Below are positions 59,124 through 64,000 of a DNA stretch of 64,000 bases, in pieces. Below the pieces are notes generated by a model. The model made no database searches, had not been told where the DNA came from, and saw only the letters and a program-made list of their open reading frames with translations. Numbering within the stretch: the first letter of the stretch is position 1; each line of letters opens with the position of its first letter. Source of the stretch: a virus. Lineage: Duplodnaviria; Caudoviricetes. The stretch spans positions 327-64,326 of the IMG/VR virus record IMGVR_UViG_3300032073_000024. One strand, 5' to 3'. A program made the position numbers and the translations under genes.

Positions 59124-59413
59124 TACCATTTAACTTTATGCGACCAATATCTAGCACTTAATTTTGAAGGGCTGCTATCTTGCGCGTTATGCCTAGCATA
59201 ATACGATTTTTTCCTAGCTTTATCTTTAGCAGATGTAGGGTTTTTACCCGCACCGCTTACCCCTTGCTGCCCAAACCTTACAAGTTTAACTTCGTCACCA
59301 TCTTTAGCTACAACTACGTGAGACTTACTTGGGTGGTTCGGTGTTCTTTTTGGTTTGTTGTACCCGCTTACTCCTGCCTTTTCTAGGCGAGGATCTTTTT
59401 TCTTTGCTGCCAT
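59123..59413 (-). CDS. Conserved basic phage protein
   Basis: GYNKPKRTP.HP.KSH.V...RFGQQG...RKKSYYARH...SARYWS..KW. Confidence 0.75.
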   Translation of the reverse strand: MAAKKKDPRLEKAGVSGYNKPKRTPNHPSKSHVVVAKDGDEVKLVRFGQQGVSGAGKNPTSAKDKARKKSYYARHNAQDSSPSKLSARYWSHKVKW

Positions 59414-59759
59414 CTTTAGTTTTGTTCTTTGTTGTTTTCTTTTTAGCTAACTTTATTTTTTTTCTAGTTGATACTCTAGGCTTGCTAATCTTTTGAGTAC
59501 TGCCCTTGTCCACTCTGGGGCCGCTTTTGCAGCATCTGGAAACTGAGGGTGTTCCACCATCTCTTCCACATTGTTCAGCTTCGTCGTCGCACACCCCTGA
59601 ATCAGTAAACTTATCAACAGCATCATTGATAAAATCAAGTTTCTCTTCATATCTATTCTGAGCTTTTCTTTCTTTTCGGAATTCATCTATCTTCAAAAAA
59701 AACCGCCCCAATATAGGGACGGCCTTGATTAAAGAGGCTATCAGTTTAAGGATGCCCAT
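59325..59759 (-). CDS. Putative i-spanin-like protein
   Basis: Hydrophobic N-terminus then a charged helix; encloses a lipoprotein ORF in another frame. Confidence 0.5.
   Translation of the reverse strand: MGILKLIASLIKAVPILGRFFLKIDEFRKERKAQNRYEEKLDFINDAVDKFTDSGVCDDEAEQCGRDGGTPSVSRCCKSGPRVDKGSTQKISKPRVSTRKKIKLAKKKTTKNKTKDGSKEKRSSPRKGRSKRVQQTKKNTEPPK
59453..59650 (-). CDS. Putative o-spanin lipoprotein (embedded gene)
   Basis: MKRNLILSMMLLISLLIQG-C lipobox, nested within 59325-59759. Confidence 0.6.
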   Translation of the reverse strand: MKRNLILSMMLLISLLIQGCATTKLNNVEEMVEHPQFPDAAKAAPEWTRAVLKRLASLEYQLEKK

Positions 59760-59774
59760 TGTACTGTCACAGTA

Positions 59775-59954
59775 TTAAGCGTCCCCGTTAGCTGCCTTCT
59801 CTGCTTTCTTTACGCCGTGGCGCAAGAACAAGGCTAGTAAGCTTGTTATAACTACATTAGCGGCAGCACCTAGCTCTAGATCACCAGTAAAATAACCAGC
59901 GACCCCAGCAATTGCTCCCGTAATGGCAGTCCAAAATGTTTTTGACCGGATCAT
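59775..59954 (-). CDS. Holin-like membrane protein
   Basis: Not in the track: MIRSKTFWTAITGAIAGVAGYFTG...VVITSLLALFLRHGVKK, 59 aa with two TM segments. Confidence 0.65.
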   Translation of the reverse strand: MIRSKTFWTAITGAIAGVAGYFTGDLELGAAANVVITSLLALFLRHGVKKAEKAANGDA

Positions 59955-60298
59955 TTCTTCTTACGATTTTTTGGTTTCGGTTTATTAACTTCAACTGCTC
60001 CCAACTTAACAACAGTAGACCCTACCTTGTTGGTAATGGTTAATGTTGGGAAAGGAACGTCAATAGCTAGGTAAGGAACTTTAAAGAAAAGTCCTTCAGG
60101 TGAAACTTTAGCATCTGGAACAGTTCCAGCTTTTGCACCTAAGCAAAGAGAAGGGATTGGCCAGCTAAGTTTTTGCCCGAATAGTTTAACATTTGGCGTT
60201 GGCTTTAAGCCTGCTCCAAATAAACTACTTGCGTTGGCGTTAGACGTTAGTACGAATAATGCCCCGATTAGTAACACACAACTTAATGTTGTTTTCAT
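59951..60298 (-). CDS. Secreted hypothetical protein
   Basis: Sec-type signal peptide ending ANA. Confidence 0.6.
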   Translation of the reverse strand: MKTTLSCVLLIGALFVLTSNANASSLFGAGLKPTPNVKLFGQKLSWPIPSLCLGAKAGTVPDAKVSPEGLFFKVPYLAIDVPFPTLTITNKVGSTVVKLGAVEVNKPKPKNRKKK

Positions 60299-60450
60299 TT
60301 TGATTTCAGTAGGTTTAATATCTTGAGAATAATATAGACGAGAGTGGCAGTACTAATAGCTACTTTTAATAGAATATCTATTTGAAGCATCCAGTTCCCT
60401 ATTCCAAGCCCCGCAGATGCGAAGACCTTTATGTCGTCTATTGCTCTCAT
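60295..60450 (-). CDS. Small membrane protein (holin-like)
   Basis: Not in the track: MRAIDDIKV...LLKVAISTATLVYIILKILNLLKSK, 51 aa. Confidence 0.55.
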   Translation of the reverse strand: MRAIDDIKVFASAGLGIGNWMLQIDILLKVAISTATLVYIILKILNLLKSK

Positions 60451-60453
60451 CCA

Positions 60454-60651
60454 TTACCCTTCAGACTCCTCTGCATCTGGCATTTGAATCTCCGGTGCAG
60501 GGGCTTCTGAAAGCCCTAGCTTAGAGGCAACTATTTGAGCTGCCTGCTTAACTTGATCGTGATCTGCGGCAGTAAGCCTTGCTTGTGACGCAGCGTTAAA
60601 CAGAATCTGCACAGCAGTCTGTACCTGTTGGTCTTGACTATCTTCAGCCAT
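60454..60651 (-). CDS. Hypothetical protein
   Basis: Probable start MAEDSQ at 60651. Confidence 0.55.
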   Translation of the reverse strand: MAEDSQDQQVQTAVQILFNAASQARLTAADHDQVKQAAQIVASKLGLSEAPAPEIQMPDAEESEG

Positions 60652-60807
60652 AAGAGAACGTACTCTAGCAGAAAAGGGCTGTTTATAGCAACCCTTCCGC
60701 TGTCTCTTTTTCTTGGGTTTTGGCTTACGCTTCTTCCAAGACAAAGCTAATCCTCTTTTTTGCAATCGCCCTGACAAGTATCGTCAAAGCAATGCGGGTT
60801 CTCACAC

Positions 60808-61233
60808 TTACTCTTCACCTTCAGTGTCTTCCCCATCTTCATCAACTTCATCCACATCAACAACTGGGTCAGGGCTGGGTATTGGCTCAGGCTCAGGCTC
60901 AGGTGCTGGTTCCACAGTAGTATCAACCGTTATTTCTGGAGACTCAAAGTCCTCCACGTTTTTAGGTTGAGCTTTCTGAGCTTCAATCTGGGAATCCAGA
61001 GAAGCAATCCACTTGTTGTCAGCAGCGAACTGTGACACTAGAGCGTTTGCTTGTTCCTTAAACTCATTGAGCATAGGCATACTATCCATTGGATATTGGT
61101 ATACCCCGTCAATGTACGAACTGTTCCCGTCGGGGTCTGTTGCTGTTAGTCCTATGACCACCTCGCATACGCAGTTGGGATCATCCGATTTGTGGCGCGG
61201 CTCTAGCCTTACGCACTTGTATGTATTAGACAT
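60808..61233 (-). CDS. Hypothetical acidic protein (possible tail-fibre assembly factor)
   Basis: 141 aa with a PE-rich acidic tail, near the fibre genes. Confidence 0.55.
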   Translation of the reverse strand: MSNTYKCVRLEPRHKSDDPNCVCEVVIGLTATDPDGNSSYIDGVYQYPMDSMPMLNEFKEQANALVSQFAADNKWIASLDSQIEAQKAQPKNVEDFESPEITVDTTVEPAPEPEPEPIPSPDPVVDVDEVDEDGEDTEGEE

Positions 61234-61351
61234 TAGTATTTACCTTTCTTAGACTTTCTTCCTTTAGGTTTTGCACTTCCTTTTTTCGGTGGTTTCCCCA
61301 TTTTACTTCCGTATGAACCCTTTGCGTGTGGCATATTTCTATTTCCTTTCT

Positions 61352-61975
61352 TTATTTTGCTTGTGTGTCAACTGGTTCCAACGTGGATGCCAGCATCTGT
61401 GTAAATCTTGCTAATCCCTCGGCTGGTGGATTCTGCGTTGCTTCAACGTCTATTGAATAACGTGCAGAGAAGTCTGTTTCCCTAGTATTCTCACTCTTAG
61501 TTGTTACGCTTCCAGTGTGTGAGTTGGAATGACTACCTCCAGCTTCAAATCCTACTCCCCAGAAGTGGCCACTAACAGAAGCGTGTCCTTCGGTCTTGGA
61601 TTCATCTGTCTGTGTATTCTCTGATGACTCAGTGTTGGATGAATGGCTCTTAACCTCCATATCAAAATGTACCTTCACATCTGAGATAGATAAGTTAGGT
61701 ATCGTTACCATCGTTAGTAACGGCATCTTCACCATTTGTTTTAATGGTTTAGTCTGTCCTTTAATAAGCCGCTCAACTTCTACGTCAACGGTTCGTGTTC
61801 TGGTTTTCTTTGGATCATCTGGATCAGGCTCAAACCCGATCTGAGAAACAAAGTCCAATGTTACGCCAGCTAATTTTTTCTGGCCTTTGGCCGCTGAAAC
61901 TAGAGGGTCTACTATGAGTTCCGAGATCGGGAGACCTTGGAAATCCTTCAATTGTGCATCATCTGCTCCTGCCAT
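61352..61975 (-). CDS. DUF2589-like protein (long form)
   Basis: F.GLP..ELI..PL..AA..Q..LA...F...GF and PLLTMV.IPNL.I..V...FDMEV...PP.GLAR patterns. Confidence 0.75.
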   Translation of the reverse strand: MAGADDAQLKDFQGLPISELIVDPLVSAAKGQKKLAGVTLDFVSQIGFEPDPDDPKKTRTRTVDVEVERLIKGQTKPLKQMVKMPLLTMVTIPNLSISDVKVHFDMEVKSHSSNTESSENTQTDESKTEGHASVSGHFWGVGFEAGGSHSNSHTGSVTTKSENTRETDFSARYSIDVEATQNPPAEGLARFTQMLASTLEPVDTQAK

Positions 61976-61979
61976 AATA

Positions 61980-62369
61980 TTATATTGTAGGTATTAATTT
62001 AACTAGGTTATCTCCAACTCTTGCCATGCCTTCAGCCTGACTTGTGCTGGAAAATTTTATCTTTACGTTAGCCATTTTAGATTTTCTTAGTTTACCTAAA
62101 CAACCAATGGCCTTCTCTCCGTCATGGTCAAGGTTTACCTCTAGGTCTACCTCGCATGAATCTATTTTTAAAGTGTTGTGAGGGACTAATGTAAACAATG
62201 GAACCTCAACCTCCTTATTATTCAGTGTCATCTTCACGGTCTTTGCCGTTCCATCTTTATTGAAGTATCCGTCTCTAACATTGTTAGACAAGTTTTCTTC
62301 AACTGCTTTCTGTGCGTGTACTACCGCCGAATATATACCGTCAAATATGTTTTGTAGTTCTGATGCCAT
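61980..62369 (-). CDS. DUF2589-like protein (short form)
   Basis: I..AVV.AQ...YF..DGT...VPLFTLVP...L.ID...V.L...EGMARV. Confidence 0.7.
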   Translation of the reverse strand: MASELQNIFDGIYSAVVHAQKAVEENLSNNVRDGYFNKDGTAKTVKMTLNNKEVEVPLFTLVPHNTLKIDSCEVDLEVNLDHDGEKAIGCLGKLRKSKMANVKIKFSSTSQAEGMARVGDNLVKLIPTI

Positions 62370-62370
62370 T

Positions 62371-62496
62371 TTAAAAAATGTTTATCTCACTGAGGTTTCT
62401 GCACCCAGATCCACACAAAATACATATTACTGCTAGTAATGTCACTACACACCACCTCTTTAAATCATCCTTATACTGTGACAGTATACGCTTCAT
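62371..62496 (-). CDS. Small putative lipoprotein
   Basis: Not in the track: MKRILSQYKDDLKRWCVVTLLAVICILCGSG-CRNLSEINIF, coupled by an ATGA overlap. Confidence 0.5.
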   Translation of the reverse strand: MKRILSQYKDDLKRWCVVTLLAVICILCGSGCRNLSEINIF

Positions 62497-62717
62497 GGTT
62501 CTGTTGCGTGACAATCGTAACACCGATCAACCACTGTTATTGTTTTATAGTAATCATCTAACTCAAGCATTGTCTTGAACTCATGTTGGTAATGGTGACA
62601 CACAGCTATGTCTGACGATCTCTTAGCCTTACTGATTGCTCCCACATACATAGAGTACAAGATACCTAACATGACTATTACTATTAGTAGCTCAAGTATT
62701 GTGTGGGAGTTTTCCAT
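62493..62717 (-). CDS. Prepilin-type N-terminal peptide with C-terminal CxxCH
   Basis: HTILELLIVIVMLGILYSMYVGAISKAK...C; ends CYDCH. Confidence 0.6.
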   Translation of the reverse strand: MENSHTILELLIVIVMLGILYSMYVGAISKAKRSSDIAVCHHYQHEFKTMLELDDYYKTITVVDRCYDCHATEP

Positions 62718-64000
62718 TACTTATTCTCTAGCTCCTCTATTCTCTTCAATGCCTCCTGCAACGCTGCCCAAAGTATTGGAATCATGTCCGTTTGATTAAC
62801 GCTCTGATATTTCTTCCCGTCCTTCTCGTTAATTACTAAATTGTTTTTGTTAATCTTCTCGCTGACTTCATGTGCTAGGAATCCGATTCTATCCTGTGTC
62901 TGAACTTCTTTAGCTTCACACTTGTCGTTCCATTTATAGCTATAGACGGGAACATCTTTGACCAATGATGCAGCTTCAGAAGTATCCCACAGTGCAGTGT
63001 CATCTTTAAGTCTGTAGTCTGACCAAGTGGTGTGTCCGTATGACGCAATATAGCCAGCAACTTTTAGTCCGTAACTTGAGTCAACAGTAGTGGCTATTGC
63101 CATTCTAGAAGAAACATAAGCTTCACCATTAACATGAAGAGGGTAACTCGGACTTGTTGAAAGTATTCCCAAATAACCAGAACTACTTAGATACATTTTA
63201 GCAGAGTCAGCAATGTACCATTTGTGGTATCCTGAACTTCCAGTCTTTAAATGGTATAGCTCGTTACCAGCACTAGCATTTCTGATTTTAAAAATACCTC
63301 CGTCAGATTTTAGGTGTATTGTATTTCCGCCAGACCCTGTTGCATTTAATGCAAGTGTCGCTACAGCATCTTCAAAACAAACTGCGTTACCAACCACATG
63401 AAATAAATAACCCGGACTTGCCGTACCAATTCCTACGCATCGTTGTGAAGGGCCACTGCCATCCTTTGAAAAAATGTTACTATTTTCTAAAGCTCCTGTG
63501 CCATTCCAACGAGGAATGTATTGATCAGTTCCCGATCCCGTAACTCCTCCTCCTCCTCCTCCCCCGCTATCTGAACTATTCCAAAGAACAGTTCCTCCAG
63601 AATTTTTTAACGCAATTGAATTAGTTCCAACTTCTAAATATTGGTTACTGCCTCCGCTGAATGTGATTCTTGAATTGAGGGTTAGGTTTGCACTGATTAC
63701 AGCAGACCCATCTCCCTTTACGTTAAAATGTTCTCCATTATTGTTACCGACACTTATTAAATCGTATGATGTAGAAACCCCTGCATCGTAAACTAATCCA
63801 ACAGTAGGATTCCATGAATTAGATCCTGTTCCCCCTTTAAGTTTTGCACCTATAGTTACGTTACCACTAAAAGTACCTAATACAGAATAAACATTAGACC
63901 AACGGTTGCTGGTTCCTCCTAAAGTGTATGAGCCGTTACTAACTGGAAGAAAATTCGTATAAGAATGTATGTATGTACCACTGCCATCAATCGCAAGCCT
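62717..64000 (-). CDS. Tail fibre C-terminal part with intramolecular chaperone (peptidase S74-like); runs off window end
   Basis: The frame is open from 64000 to 62717. Contains VGIGTASP repeats, WSDYRLKD cleavage motif, GFLAHEV and a terminal coiled coil. Confidence 0.85.
   Translation of the reverse strand, partial: RLAIDGSGTYIHSYTNFLPVSNGSYTLGGTSNRWSNVYSVLGTFSGNVTIGAKLKGGTGSNSWNPTVGLVYDAGVSTSYDLISVGNNNGEHFNVKGDGSAVISANLTLNSRITFSGGSNQYLEVGTNSIALKNSGGTVLWNSSDSGGGGGGGVTGSGTDQYIPRWNGTGALENSNIFSKDGSGPSQRCVGIGTASPGYLFHVVGNAVCFEDAVATLALNATGSGGNTIHLKSDGGIFKIRNASAGNELYHLKTGSSGYHKWYIADSAKMYLSSSGYLGILSTSPSYPLHVNGEAYVSSRMAIATTVDSSYGLKVAGYIASYGHTTWSDYRLKDDTALWDTSEAASLVKDVPVYSYKWNDKCEAKEVQTQDRIGFLAHEVSEKINKNNLVINEKDGKKYQSVNQTDMIPILWAALQEALKRIEELENK

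Larger units (their letters stand above)
3135..62487. repeat. Dispersed 15-bp dyad ATACTGT-N-ACAGTAT (22 copies seen)
   Basis: Exact at 7781, 8445, 9090, 9333, 10165, 12173, 13446, 15992, 37653, 62473. One mismatch at 3135, 11149, 18192, 22707, 24554, 28131, 31903, 45095, 53764, 59761. Two mismatches at 20152, 47296. Confidence 0.95.
1..64000. mobile_element. Tailed dsDNA bacteriophage genome (podovirus-like), near-complete and circularly permuted
   Basis: Terminase, portal, capsid, tail, ejection, replication and lysis genes are arranged in two strand blocks. No host housekeeping genes and no tape-measure or sheath gene were recognised. Confidence 0.93.

Noticed and set aside
3135-62487. 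Dyad as a LexA SOS box or as the tyrosine-recombinase crossover site
   Set aside because: E. coli-type SOS boxes are CTGT-N8-ACAG, whereas here the spacer is 1 nt. Tyrosine recombinase core sites need two binding arms around a 6-8 bp spacer, which a 7-1-7 dyad does not provide.
1-64000. Diversity-generating retroelement, retron or DNA polymerase
   Set aside because: No reverse-transcriptase (YxDD) or polymerase ORF was recognised, and no template/variable repeat pair was seen in this window.

Overview
The whole window reads as most of one tailed dsDNA bacteriophage genome, probably podovirus-like, of environmental (likely aquatic) origin and circularly permuted. A tail-fibre gene runs off both ends. 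The + strand (about 4.8-25.5 kb) carries early and replication genes: SSB, Nmad1-like protein, AAA+ ATPase with a HExxH/vWA partner, HNH nuclease, RlpA-like transglycosylase, SSAP, Cas4-like exonuclease, resolvase, DnaB and a tyrosine recombinase. The - strand (25.5-64 kb and 1-4.3 kb) carries morphogenesis and lysis genes: portal, scaffold, capsid, adaptor fused to a metallophosphoesterase, tail proteins, a 3475-aa ejection protein with an ART-like domain, and holin/spanin candidates. The terminase large subunit is inverted within this block. The most striking unexplained signal is a 15-bp dyad, ATACTGT-N-ACAGTAT, found by eye 22 times genome-wide (10 exact). Most copies sit at stop/start junctions, and two lie at the tip of long hairpins whose only mismatches are G-U compatible. 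Other notable items are tandem covarying structured-RNA-like units (7.9 kb, 9.1-9.3 kb), a candidate sRNA, a DUF2589-like gene pair, and a prepilin-like peptide ending in CxxCH. Some cues suggest a Verrucomicrobia/PVC host. All family calls come from recognising motifs by eye; no database searches were run.
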